DNA of 64,000 bases from Octopus bimaculoides (lineage: Eukaryota). Where the stretch lies: NCBI RefSeq assembly GCF_001194135.2, contig NC_069004.1, positions 12,845,533-12,909,532 of the forward strand, given 5' to 3'. This document shows positions 39,100 to 50,089 of the stretch, piece after piece. The notes under the pieces are model-generated. The model was given only the letters and a program-made list of their open reading frames with translations. It was not told where the DNA came from and searched no databases. A program made the position numbers and the translations under genes. Numbering within the stretch: position 1 is the stretch's first letter; each line of letters starts with the position of its first letter.

Positions 39100-42000
39100 A
39101 AATATATACATGCACACCCACAATAAATCTGTTGTCTGTTACAGGAGTCTGTCCTCTTGACCAACTTACTCCACAGTAATCCTTACTGTAAAATGATGGC
39201 CTGTGATGTTTGGTGTTTCATTGGACGGTGAATATTGAGATTTATATTGTTGTTCTTTATTGATTTCTTATAATAAACAACAAAAATGTATTAAATCTAG
39301 TGTCAAAAATCTTGATGAAATAGAGACCTGTAATCAAATGCATTCCAACCATGTCCACCCTGTCGTATATCTAGGACTACATTGTCTCTGTTCTTTTTTA
39401 ATTTGCTGTAAGTTGTCATTCAACAATCATTCACTTGTAGAATGTGATTAGCGTGAATCAGAAAATTCCATAGAACTGGGGTTTGGGAAGGAAGTCCTTT
39501 GACCAGGTAACTTGTCTAGAAAATATTGATACTGAGGCAGATGTAATTATTCATCATCATCGTCATTTATCGTCCGCTTTCCATGCTGGCATGAGTTGGA
39601 CATTTTGACTGAGAACTGGCAAGCCGGAAGGCTGCACCGGGCTCCAATCTGATTTGGCAAGGTTTCTACAACTGGATGGCCTTCCTAATGCCAACCACTC
39701 CAGGAGTGTAGTGAGTGCTTTGTACATATCACTGGCACAGGTGCCAGTCAGGTGGCACTGGCATCAGCCACGCTCAAATGTTGCTTTTTACGTGCCACTG
39801 GCATGGGTGCCAGTCAGGCGGCACTGGCATTAGCCACAACTACGATTTCACTCAGTTCAACAGGTCTTCATAAGCACAACACTTGTATGTGTCTAACACC
39901 TCATCAACTAACACTTTGTTGGTTATGAGGATGAGAGTTCCAGTTGATCCCATGAATGGAACAGCCTGCTCCTGAAATTAACATGCAAGTGACTGAGCAC
40001 TCCATAGACCTACGTACCCTTAATATAGTTCTCAGGGAGATTCAGCATAACACAGAATGTGAATTACAAATACTACTCATTTTTGCCAGTCAAGTGGACT
40101 GGAGCAACATGAAATAAAGTGTCTTGCTCAAGGACACAATGCTTTGTTGGGAATTGAACTTATGATTGTGAGCCGAATGCCCTAACCACTAAGCCACGCA
40201 CCTTTGCTGTAACATGACATGAAATATTGAAGAAATGTAAGACTTGTAGAAGCTACAAATAGGCAACAAGTTTTAGATGTGCCATTCACATCTCATCACT
40301 TATCTAATTCATCATCATCATCATCATCGTTTAACGTCCGCTTTCCATGCTAGCATGGGTTGGACGATTTGACTGAGGACTGGTGAAACCGGATGGCAAC
40401 ACCAGGCTCCAGTCTGATTTGGCAGAGTTTCTACAGCTGGATGCCCTTCCTAACGCCAAAAAACTGCTCTTGGCAGAATCATTTATTTTCACATTTCAAA
40501 TGAACTGAAATACTGATATGCCTTAATTGATGGTGGTTTTTGGAAACATAGGAGAAGACTTATTGTACTTTCTGGTGTGGTTGTAGATTGAACAATGTTC
40601 TTCTGTTGTGCTGTACATAAATATAATATTACTTTACAGCCTATCTATTTTCTCTATTGTTTCTACTTAATAGTTATGGCAGTGCTGCTTTGTGTCATCA
40701 CCATGTGAAGATCCTGGCAGCTGTGTGGCTAGCTCTAGACTGGTCTCAGACTCAGTTTTATGAACATGTCCTTCAGCTCTACCACAGACTCTTCAAGTTT
40801 CAGTTAATTAACGACCAGGTGAGGGAAAATAATTTCTAACATCTTGCCTAATCTTTTTTCACTCTCATCTCTTCATCACCTCATACCATTACTCCACCTC
40901 TTATATATTTATCTCCTCACACCACTAGGAAAGCTGTAATGTGTTGTAAGTAGGTCCCCTCATTTTTGCTAGCTGAGTGGACTGCAGCAATGTGAAATAA
41001 AGTGTCTTGCTAAAGGACATAGCACAGTCAGGAATTGAACTCACGACCTTATGATCGTAAGCTGAATAGCCTAACCACTATAGCACTACAAGAAACATTG
41101 AAAAGATGTAAGACTTGTAGAAGCCGCAAATAGGCAACAAGTCTTGGATGTTCTCAAACCAGGTTCTATCACACGTGGTGAGTGACCACTTGTGTTTAAG
41201 AACTTCTTGTGTGTATACACGAGACTAGTGTTTGGACAATTGACCAGCAATTGCTATGTAACTCAGTAAACTTTACTTCCGTATATGAAAATATGAACTA
41301 AACAGAAAGTTGGTGTGGGTTAAAATTCATTATACGAGTAGTCAGTTTTCTAACCATAACTATTGATGTTCTTGTGAAATATGTTGTCTTAGGATTGTGA
41401 TCCTGTTATAAAGATACTCTTTAGAAAATTTGCCAACTATACTGAGTTTCTCTTACTACATTTTTTTTTTTTTTAATGTAGTTCCATATGTTAGGATTTA
41501 ATTATATTTCCATTGGTTTATANNNNNNNNNNNNNNNNNNNNNNNNNNNNNNNNNNNNNNNNNNNNNNNNNNNNNNNNNNNNNNNNNNNNNNNNNNNNNN
41601 NNNNNNNNNNNNNNNNNNNNNNNNNNNNNNNNNNNNNNNNNNNNNNNNNNTCAAAACTGTTTTTATAGCTAACAATTGTATTTTAGGAAGAAATTCTCAA
41701 GTTATACCCACCAGCGAACAATCTTTCTCTCTGGAGTCTTGCACAATTAGATACACTTCAAGAAACAATATCATCTCCCCTTAAAAGTGAGTTGGTGCAG
41801 ACCAGTGCAAAAATCATCCACAGCTTGTGTTCCTCGGAAACATTCTCTGACAAAGATATGAAGTCTTATGTAAGTGTGTTTAATGGTGTTTTGTTTTATT
41901 TTTTTCTATTAAACAGAATATGTTTACAGAAATGGTTTTATAACTGAATTAAATATCTCCTGAGAATTTATTTTCATTTGTCTAATTAAGATCTCCAGCA

Positions 42001-44022
42001 TCTACAAAATACCAGTAATACACTCTGCCCAGTCACTCAGTTATACTTCTTTCTCAACAACATTTAATCAAAGGAGATTATTTCTTTAGCCGTGAGTTGG
42101 AGGAGGGACAGTGTAGAGTCTCTGATAATCTTGGAAAGGAAGGTGAAACATCAGACTGGAGAGGTGATCCAAATGCTTGCACCAGTGTACCTGTAACCGG
42201 ACATAACACTGGATTATGTCCTTTTAATCGTGCGTGCATGTGCACACATCTATTAATAGCCCTGAGATGTAAATAAAACGGATCACACATGTAAAATCTG
42301 GCTGCTTGACTTATAATTGTAAAACAACATATGACAGTACCCAAGAACAAGGTGGTTGTCAAACTGGGTGACAACACATTCAGTCCACTATAACAAGTTC
42401 TATCGATATATACCTTGTATATATTTGTCCATCTTGCCTTTCAAAATCCACTGAATTATTCATTTGAAAGATAATTATTTATTATGATGCTCAGAAATGA
42501 TTATGCAGTTTTTTAAAATGCCTATTGCTGGATTTGAACCTATAACACTTATTTACTGTCCTTTTTAATGATAACCACTTAACTGGTATTCTTTCTTCCA
42601 TTTACAGCTTGATGTCCTCAAGTGCCTCCACAGTTTAAGTCGATATTTGGTGACATTATCCCAATCAGGAAGCACCCTTCATTATTTGGTTTTACAACGT
42701 CTGGCAATGATGTGGTCAGCTGAGCCAAAGTTGAGCAACTCAGCTGGCAGCAAGTGTTATCATTCTCTCATACTCAGCAGTCTTCTTGCTACATCAGCCC
42801 AGTTACTCCCAGTCATGAAGCCAGCACACATATCTTCCGTATGTACCTCTTATATCACACAAAATATTATTGTTCTTTTATTTACAGTACATGGGTAAAG
42901 TTTCAGGTGCAAACCTATCCTCTTTCTCTCTTCTCTCCTGCAACTAAAATGGATTTTCTTCCTCTCAACAAGCAATACAAATACTTCTGTCATCCACAGC
43001 CACTTAATTCTACCGTTCCTTTCTCCTTTAGAATTCCAGTGTCTAATCCTTCCAATTATGTATTTCTTCTGTCCAAACTGGCATAATATTACCACCTTTC
43101 ATCCCACAAGATTTATTTATCTGTTTGCCTTGTGATTGCATAATAATTGCAAACAAGTGTCACCATCCTACAAGTGGTGCTGCTGTTTGTTTCCAGTCTT
43201 CTGTGAAAACACATCCGACCTAAATTACACAAGTGCGCAAATTACATGGGTTTTTACAGTATTGTTAATATTGATTGTTTGACTTCAGGTGCTGAACTGG
43301 CAGACTCGTTAGCACACCAGGCAAAATGCTTAGTCAGATTTTGTCTGTCCTTACATTCTGAGTTCAAATTGCACCAAGGTCAACTTTGCTTTTCATCCTT
43401 TCAGGGTTGATAAGATAAGTACCAGTTGAACACTGGGATCAATGTAATTGATTTATTCCCCCCCCTAAATTGCTGACCTTGTGCCAAAATTTGAAACCAA
43501 CAATGTTTGACTTAATGCAGCAAGCAGGCAGGATTGTTAGCATGATGGGCAAAATGCTCAACAATGTTTTGCCCATCCTCATGTTTTGAGTTCATATTGC
43601 GCTGAGGACGACTTTGCCTTACAGCCTTTCAGGATGGGGTTGACAAAATAAGTACAGGTCGAATGCTGGGGAGGGGGGGGTGGAATTGACTTATTCCCTT
43701 CTCTGAAAATTGTTGACCTTGTCCCAAAATTTGAAATCAATATTGTTTGTTTGACTTGGTCTTGAATGAGATTAAATGTTGTCACTAATTCTTGTTTATT
43801 TTGTCAACAGATTCTGAACGCATTGGAAAAATTATTTGATTTGGAACCAGATGAAATTCTACGTTTAGCTACTTCGTTGTTTTTGAAAGAGATTGGCAAA
43901 GTTGACTTACAAAATAATGAAGTAAGAGCTTATTGTTGTTGTTATTTTTATCATCCTCATCATCACTGTGGATTGGCAGAATTGTTAGAACATTGAGCAT
44001 TACCGATTTACTAAGAATATTT

Positions 44023-44061
<39 letters not shown>

Positions 44062-45693
44062 TGTGTGTGTGTGTGTTTATGAAGGGTTGGGGTGAGAATA
44101 TTTCTTATACTAAAATTGATTAAAACGTTTTATTCTTAAAGATATTTATCCATTGGATGGCGTTAGGAAGGGCATCCAGCTGTAGAAACTCTGCCAGATC
44201 AGACTGGAGCCTGGTGTAACCATCCGGTTCACCAGTCCTCAGTCAAATCGTCCAACCCATGCCAGCATGGAAAGCGGATGTTAAACGATGATGATGATGA
44301 TGATCACAGTCATGACTTCTGAGGACATTAAGCAATGGATACAGTGAAAAAGTGGCCATCAGGAATTGATCTTAGACCACATTCTTAGGTCTGCTAGGAA
44401 CTTAATCCTGCTGTTGCCCAATGTGTGTGTGTGTAAGGCTTGGCTGTGTGGTTAAGAAACTTACCTCCCAACTAGATGGTTGCAAGTTCACTCCCACAGT
44501 GTGACATCTTGGGCAAGTGTCTTCTACTATACTCCTGAGCTAACCAAAGCCTTGTGAGTGAATTTGGGAAATGCAAACTGAAAGAATTCCATGTCATATT
44601 TATCTGTTTGCCTTGTGATTGCATAATAATTGCAAACAGGTGTCACCATCCTACAAGAGGTACTGCTGTTTGTTTTCAGCCTTCTGTAAAAACACATCTG
44701 ACCTGGAGAAATATTACCTTGCTTGTAAAAAGGTAAGGGTTGATGACAGGAAGAGCATCTGGCTGTAGAAAATTTGTCTCAACAAATTCTGCCTGACCCA
44801 TGCAAGCATGGAAATGTGGGCATTAAATTGACAATGATGATATAATTGTCAGAGACCTAAACTTTGCATTATTACAAATTTTCAGTATAATCAAAATAAA
44901 AATCTGTAAAATGATTTTAAAAAAAAATTCTTTATTTTTAGGTTTCTGCGAAAATGGGGTCCACTTTTCCAAAAATATTTCAACATTTGCTCTTTGATTC
45001 TAACAGTCTGCTCCATCACCAGGCTATTGAGGCATTTGCCTCATTTGCCCAGGAGACCAACTGTGAGTCTCTGGTTCCACAATGTCTTCTAATGTCAAAT
45101 TCTACAAAAGAAATAATACTTCAGGACACTGCAATAACTTTTCTAAATCATGTAAGTAAACTTCTTTCTTCTTTTATTGCAAAGGAAGAATTATTTGGCT
45201 TCTGTGTAGAAGATATTAAATCTGTCTGAGCCTGGGTTGTTGTTTAGCCCCAATTTGGCTTTGACCAAGTAGACACTATGATCAAACGGGTTCCAGCTAT
45301 GCCCACCTCATAAGTTACATATGAATAACAAACAATAAAGCTGCTGTATTCCACACTTGTAATTCACCCCTACCAATAAAAATATTTCCCCCACCCCCTA
45401 CTGAAGGAGATTTCCTTGTGAACTGTGTTGTTTGGGGAGCATAGACTTTTATGTTCAGTGGATTGTGGCAACTTCATTAGTGGTGGTCAGTAGATCTGAC
45501 CAGCCTGGACACTGTATATATGGTGTGCATATATGTATGTGTGTGTATATATACATACACACACATTGGTTTGTAAAAAAGAATTTTTTGTTTGAATCAA
45601 TTCAACCATGATACTTTCATGATGTCTTTTATAAGCTTCCAGTAAATGGAAGCTACAACTTGGAATGGTCTCACTTATTGTCAAAGTACCTAT

Positions 45694-45759
<66 letters not shown>

Positions 45760-48700
45760 ATACATATATACCACACACAAACACACACTGTTATAGTATC
45801 TTTATCTGTAATACTCTACCCTGACCTTTTCACCCTGGTAAATTGTACATCGTGACTAATTAGTGGTTTACAATTTCATTGCAGACGGCATACAGCTGTG
45901 ATGGTTTCAAGCAGGCCAAATACCTCTCGTCTCAAAGACTTATCATCAATGAAGATTTTGTGATTGCTTGGAAACCAGAGCAAAATAAAAAACAGCAACC
46001 TGAAGATAGTCCAGAAGATTTATTGAAGGTCAGACATATTTCCAATTTACCATCACTTCCACCACCACCACCACTACCACACTTCTACCATCCTCATCAC
46101 CATCATAGGTTCTTTCACATATTATCATGAAGAATGATATACAATACAACATTAACTTTTGCACATCTCAGTACAGTTTCTGTGATGTCCAATCTTCACG
46201 AGTTTGTTACATCTGTTGATACAATTGTAGTTACATTATATTAATGATATCTAGAGATGAGGGCAAGTGGGTCATAGAGAGTCCACTACAGTACTATTAC
46301 GCTATGTTGGTTTCAAATTTTGGCACAAGACCAGAAATTTTGTGGGAGGGGCTGAGTCAATTAAATCAACCCCAGTGCTCAACTGGTACTTATTTTATTG
46401 ACCTTGAACAGATGAAGGGCAAAGTCAAACCCAGCAGCAATTGAACCCAGAACACAAAAAAGGACGAAATGCTAACAATTCTACCGTCTTACTGCCTTTA
46501 CATTAAGATGGTAGAATTCTACCGACTTTCTGCCTTTACATTAAGACGGTAGAATTCTACTGCCTTGCTGCCTTTACATTAAGACGGTAGAATTCTACCA
46601 TCTTGCTGCTTGTATATTAATGCTATCTAGAGGCCACACCAGTGCAAATTACTCTGTTAACATTTAATGTATGGATCATTAAAAATTTACAATAATATTT
46701 AGTTAAAAAAAATAAATGGTAAAGACCCCCTTCAATCATGAATGACCATGAGATTATGCCTAGAAAGTTCCCCTCCAAGGCACAAGTCTGGGCAAGGTTT
46801 CTTATGGAAGACCAGCAGTGGCTCATGCATGGCAGTCTCTCGTCTCCATGCCACCAATGTTATCCAAGGGAAAGGCAAAGGCCAATACAGCTTGGTACCA
46901 GTGACGTCGCAACTTATTTCTACAGCTGAGTGAACTGGACTGATGTGAAATAAAGTGTCTTACTCAAGAACATAACACACAGCCTGGTCTAGGAATCGAA
47001 CTCACTACCTCATGCTCTAACCATTGAGCCATGTACTGTGGTTACTAAAATAATATTTGTTATCCCAAAAGATATGTAACTTCCTTCCACTTCTCCAATG
47101 ACATTGCTGCAAATCACTCAATGTATAGAAATGTATATTTGTTGGCCAGAAAAAAATAGAATTGTTTAGAAATGAAATAATTTTGACATTTCATCAACAT
47201 TGGAAACAATACTTCAACGGATGTCAACACATTTAATACAGCAACCAGCAGTTTAACCCTGTAGCACAGGGATCCCCAAACTTTTTAGACCATCGACCCC
47301 TTCATGGAATCTTTGACCCCCCTCATCCACCACTGGGTGTGTACAAGAAAATAAATAATAATAATATTAATTAAGTACAGTTCTATATTTAAGAGATGGG
47401 TAATTATGTACATTATATACATTTGATGGATATTTGTCCTCATCTTGTTCGTTGTTAACACAACGTTTCAGCTGATATACCCTCCAGCCTTCATCAGGTG
47501 TCTTAAGGAAATTTCAAACCTGGGTTCTCNNNNNNNNNNTTAACACAACGTTTCAGCTGATATACCCTCCAGCCTTCATCAGGTGTCTTAAGGAAATTTC
47601 AAACCTGGGTTCTCATTCCTAAGGTATTTTTCAATGTTGTTGTTGTTGTTCAGTTCACTGCCTGGAATCGAACTCAGAATCTTGGGGTTAGTAGCCCACG
47701 CTCTTAACCACACTACACCATATGCCCATGGCGACCCCTGCTCTAAACTTAGTTGTAGTCTTAATAAAATTTGTTCTGGAAATGTTTAAGAAAATAGAAT
47801 TTTGTTTTATTTCAGGATCAAGAAACAACAGTTGAGGCTCAACACATGTCAGATACAGAATCTGAGGAGGTAAGATACATCAGTTATTATCTTTACATTT
47901 AATGTAGAAAGTATAGCGGTACAAGAGCTACAACTTTTGAAATGGTGGGATGCTTCAAGGTTTAAACATTACTTCAGTGAGTACCCAATGGTATGATCAA
48001 TAAAATATAGGTAAGGCAGTGGTTCTAATCCTTGTCACTACCAATTACCCCTTTCTATTAAAATGAATTCTCCCATGGACCCCAAACTTTTTAATGTTTT
48101 TCTACTCAATTCATTTTATTACTTTTCCCATTTTCATCTTAACTGAAAGATATTAATTACAAGCACCCATGCCAGTACCATGCATAAGCACTCATGCTGG
48201 TGCCACATAAAACACACCCAGCACACTCTGTGATTGGCATTAGGAAGGGCATCTAGCTGTAAAAACCTCGCCAAATCAGACTGGAGCTAAATCAAAATCA
48301 ACCTAGCCAAATCAAAAGGCAGTGAGCTGGCAGAAGGGTTAGCATGCTGGGCGAAATGCTTAGCGGTATTTCATCTGTCTCTATGTTCTGAGTTCAAATT
48401 CCGCTGAGGTCGGCTTTGCCTTTCATCCTTTCGGGGTCGATAAATTAAGTACCAGTTACACACTGGGGTCGGTGTAATCGACTTAATCCCTTTGTCTGTC
48501 CTTGTTTGTCCCCTTGTGGGCAATGAAGAAATAAGACTGGAACCTGGTGCAGTTCTCTTGCTATCCAGATCTGGTCAGACCGTCCAACCCATGCCAGCAT
48601 GGAAAACAGAGCTTAGATGTTGTTGATGATGATGATGATGAATAATTAGTGGGTAATAAAACAGTTTACACTGAACACATGAGTAGTGCCATCTTAGTGG

Positions 48701-48803
48701 ATCTACATGGATCTATGGGGTCCAAAGTTGGGATCTGCCAAGTAAAGAGTTAGAATCAGGTTTGATAAAATAGAGTAAGAAACTGAAAGAATCCCATTGT
48801 GTG

Positions 48804-48856
<53 letters not shown>

Positions 48857-50089
48857 ATGTATGTGTTTGTCCTTCCACCATCACTTGACAACCGATGTTG
48901 GTATGTTTATGTTCCCGTAACTTAACGGTTTGGCAAAAAAGTCCAATATATTAAGTGCTAGATTTACAAAGAATAAGTCATGGGGTCCATTTGTTCAACT
49001 AAAGGCGGTGCTCCAGCATGGCTGCCGTCAAATGACTGAAACAAGTAAAAGAATAATAGGTTTGTCTCTGCACTGCCTGCCAACAGTATTTGTCTCTACA
49101 GTGAGGGTACATAACTTAGTGGTTAGAGTATTTGGCTCCAGATTGTAAACTCTTGATTTCAATTCTCGGCAGCGCATTGTGTCCTTGAGCAAGACACTTT
49201 ATTTCATGTTGCTCCAGTCGACTCAGCTGGCAAAAATAAGTTGTACCTGTATTTCAGAAGGACCAGCCATGTCACATTCTGTATCATGCTGAATCTCCCT
49301 GAGAAGTTACGTTAAGTGTACACGTGTCTGTGGAGTGCTCAGCCACCTGCACATTAATTTCAGGAGCAGGTTGTTCTGTTGATTGGATCAGCTGGAACAC
49401 TCGCTGTCATAACAGAGTGCCAGTTTTTTAAATTTATTTCTACATGACTCCAGGTGGTGCCACAGCACAGCCACAATCTGATGACCGAAACAAATAAAAG
49501 GTAAACGGTAACATACCTACAGGCTTATCTACACACATACACATATACCTACACACTCATCTCTGCATATATATCTACACACATACACATATACCTACAT
49601 ACTCATCTCTGCATATATATCAACACACATACACATATACCTACATATTCATCTCTGCATATATATCTACACACATACACATATACCTACATACTCATCT
49701 CTGCATATATATATCTACACACATATACCTACATACTCATCTCTGCATATATATATCTACACACATATACCTACATACTCATCTCTGCATATATATCTAC
49801 ACACACATACACATATACCTACATACTCATCTCTCCATATACTTCCCTCCCCACCACACACACATTCTTACACTTCAGGCACAATATTCTTCTTTTGCAG
49901 CCTCTTAAGAAAAAACTGAAGACCAAGACCAGTTCAGACATATGGGATGAAGAGTATCGGAACATCATAGACTTACTACAGGGCAACGTGAACAAACTAC
50001 AGTTACTACAAGATCGAGGTGCCTCTCCACCTACCTGGGTAACTACAGAACTAGAAACAATCTGTAAACAACTAGGAACTTTCCAATGA
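18566..50089 (+). CDS. FIRRM: FIGNL1-interacting regulator of recombination and mitosis (C1orf112/FLIP), 24 coding exons, about 939 aa
   Basis: All exons join in phase (2820 nt). Peptides match the recalled vertebrate protein: FLPHMK, ENIHSLLSSVL, KFSPPSL, MACDVWCFIGRYGSAALCHHHV, HQAIEAFASFAQETNCESLVPQCL, WDEEYR. Confidence 0.93.
18800..19090 (+). mobile_element. 5'-truncated RTE-clade LINE tail (related copies 37500-37830 - and 62070-62365 +)
   Basis: Decayed ERRLCW.GH...VEGT.GRGRP.KTWDEVV motif typical of RTE ORF2 C-termini. Confidence 0.8.
19521..19560 (+). CDS. FIRRM: FIRRM exon 2
   Basis: SCFSSDIGVDSKV; 40 nt; cag / gtaagt. Confidence 0.8.
19976..20064 (+). CDS. FIRRM: FIRRM exon 3
   Basis: GVLNIICTSFLPHMKLAAIETRLFHNISSK. 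Confidence 0.9.
21412..21516 (+). CDS. FIRRM: FIRRM exon 4
   Basis: INDLLAEILENAKQ...VAMLK. Confidence 0.9.
22007..22379. mobile_element. Head-to-head inverted dimer of a Penelope-like/SINE repeat carrying hammerhead motifs
   Basis: Arms 22007-22143 and 22211-22346 are reverse complements; same family as 47376-47727. Confidence 0.8.
22256..22301 (+). ncRNA. Minimal type I hammerhead ribozyme motif, sense to FIRRM intron 4
   Basis: GACAC-CUGACGA-A-GGCUG/CAGCC-GAAAC-GUU-GGGUU; palindromic ACGU helix III; one helix I mismatch. Confidence 0.7.
22408..22548 (+). CDS. FIRRM: FIRRM exon 5
   Basis: LAVNIVESTESCMKYVC...ENIHSLLSSVLRVLTQSYEHCK. Confidence 0.92.
23831..23917 (+). CDS. FIRRM: FIRRM exon 6
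   Basis: ESPTIYGNLLPLLSDVLSSFFKKTHQLQT. Confidence 0.88.
25705..26295 (+). mobile_element. Tc1/mariner-superfamily transposase remnant (maT/DD37D-like) with right TIR
   Basis: Decayed KHPVNIMVFGVITSDGDV...SPNCNPLDYYVWG...EANGDFIE; ends caccgcaccctg-TA. Confidence 0.75.
26508..26577 (+). CDS. FIRRM: FIRRM exon 7
   Basis: TTLCCLEKINVKSTEQDVVDLCS. Confidence 0.87.
28135..28219 (+). CDS. FIRRM: FIRRM exon 8
   Basis: TCHSLLSLCQLVPALDIKIMIGLWKSLA. Confidence 0.9.
28386..28877 (-). mobile_element. Mariner internal-deletion derivative keeping only the N-terminal HTH DNA-binding region
   Basis: MECKSEHFHHILLFYFRKGKKAAEAHKEICEVY...HLKCLGLIKKLDI, joined directly to a TIR; residual 13-bp IR 28413-28425 / 28865-28877. 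Confidence 0.85.
29768..29906 (+). CDS. FIRRM: FIRRM exon 9
   Basis: RLSVQYKSFLYSRL...VPDETVE; donor gtaggt chosen for phase. Confidence 0.85.
31120..31370 (+). mobile_element. Helentron-associated (HINE/DINE-like) fragment
   Basis: gatttggtgaaaatccg followed by (ACAG)n, resembling HINE ends. Confidence 0.4.
31580..31737 (+). CDS. FIRRM: FIRRM exon 10
   Basis: EENPSQTNEKSFQMTLKITGF...LILYMF. Confidence 0.9.
32330..32478 (+). CDS. FIRRM: FIRRM exon 11
   Basis: KFSPPSLAAPKL...VTADEN. Confidence 0.92.
32588..32804. mobile_element. Mariner-type MITE, ~28-bp TIRs, TA TSD
   Basis: TA-caaggtggtactgaaaagttcctggcttt ... aaagccaggaacttttcagcactccttg-TA. Confidence 0.85.
32835..32909 (+). CDS. FIRRM: FIRRM exon 12
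   Basis: DLDPDLALPRILLQIMVVNLLPKAK. Confidence 0.9.
33525..33787. mobile_element. hAT-type MITE (related copy near 1145-1385)
   Basis: cagtggttctcaacc ... ggttggaaccactg; TSD atctagtc / atctggtt. Confidence 0.8.
33836..33931 (+). CDS. FIRRM: FIRRM exon 13
   Basis: YDVTEVWYSPRKFPGERCYDNILASVFKTLQK. Confidence 0.9.
35334..35405. repeat. (AAT)n microsatellite
   Basis: Direct reading. Confidence 0.95.
35615..35678 (+). CDS. FIRRM: FIRRM exon 14
   Basis: CSVEMASDIRIAITAAIGSPQ. Confidence 0.85.
36985..37066 (+). CDS. FIRRM: FIRRM exon 15
   Basis: RNAGLYEYLCTNICGFVGSWPAQHFAVV. Confidence 0.92.
38641..38956. repeat. Long AT-rich inverted repeat (foldback), ~130-bp arms
   Basis: 38641-38770 is a near-perfect reverse complement of 38826-38956. 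Confidence 0.9.
39145..39227 (+). CDS. FIRRM: FIRRM exon 16
   Basis: ESVLLTNLLHSNPYCKMMACDVWCFIG. Confidence 0.94.
40674..40818 (+). CDS. FIRRM: FIRRM exon 17
   Basis: RYGSAALCHHHVKILAAV...LINDQ. Confidence 0.94.
41687..41869 (+). CDS. FIRRM: FIRRM exon 18
   Basis: EEILKLYPPANNLSLW...DMKSY. Confidence 0.9.
42608..42838 (+). CDS. FIRRM: FIRRM exon 19
   Basis: LDVLKCLHSLSRYL...PAHISS. Confidence 0.88.
43811..43921 (+). CDS. FIRRM: FIRRM exon 20
   Basis: ILNALEKLFDLEPDEILRLATSLFLKEIGK...NNE. Confidence 0.9.
44942..45151 (+). CDS. FIRRM: FIRRM exon 21
   Basis: VSAKMGSTFPKIF...EAFASFAQETNCESLVPQCL...FLNH. Confidence 0.94.
45885..46028 (+). CDS. FIRRM: FIRRM exon 22
   Basis: TAYSCDGFKQAKY...EDLLK. 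Confidence 0.87.
46478..46620. repeat. Tandem array of a 38-bp self-complementary unit (about 3.7 copies)
   Basis: Units start at 46478, 46516, 46554, 46592; each can form a ~12-bp stem. Confidence 0.9.
47376..47727 (-). mobile_element. tRNA-headed SINE-like element with hammerhead-bearing body
   Basis: A-box tggtgtagt(gt)gg and B-box gagttcgattcc (47664-47675), (AAC)n linker, body homologous to 22211-22379. Confidence 0.75.
47457..47502 (-). ncRNA. Minimal type I hammerhead ribozyme motif (identical copy 47542-47587 across a 10-N gap)
   Basis: GACAC-CUGAUGA-A-GGCUG/CAGCU-GAAAC-GUU-GUGUU; intact core, full helix I. Confidence 0.78.
47816..47869 (+). CDS. FIRRM: FIRRM exon 23
   Basis: DQETTVEAQHMSDTESEE; cag / gtaaga, phase 0. 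Confidence 0.8.
49526..49840. repeat. Minisatellite, about 7 units of 40-48 bp
   Basis: Unit tatctacacacatacacatatacctacatactcatctctgcatata; first period 46 bp. Confidence 0.9.
49901..50089 (+). CDS. FIRRM: FIRRM last exon
   Basis: PLKKKLKT...WDEEYRNIIDLLQG...PPTWVTTELETI...FQ-TGA. Confidence 0.92.
   Translation, partial: PLKKKLKTKTSSDIWDEEYRNIIDLLQGNVNKLQLLQDRGASPPTWVTTELETICKQLGTFQ

Larger units (their letters stand above)
47267..47740. mobile_element. hAT-like MITE hosting a nested retroelement
   Basis: Ends cagggatccccaaac ... gcgacccctg. Confidence 0.55.

Noticed and set aside
46478-46620. CRISPR-like array of palindromic repeats
   Set aside because: No unique spacers, eukaryotic intron, no cas genes.
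47457-47587. Tandem double hammerhead that could self-dimerise
   Set aside because: The two copies are identical and straddle a 10-N gap, so a contig-overlap artefact is at least as likely; long reads are needed.
47660-47727. Possible tRNA gene
   Set aside because: It has A/B boxes and an anticodon-like arm but no acceptor stem; it is a SINE head.
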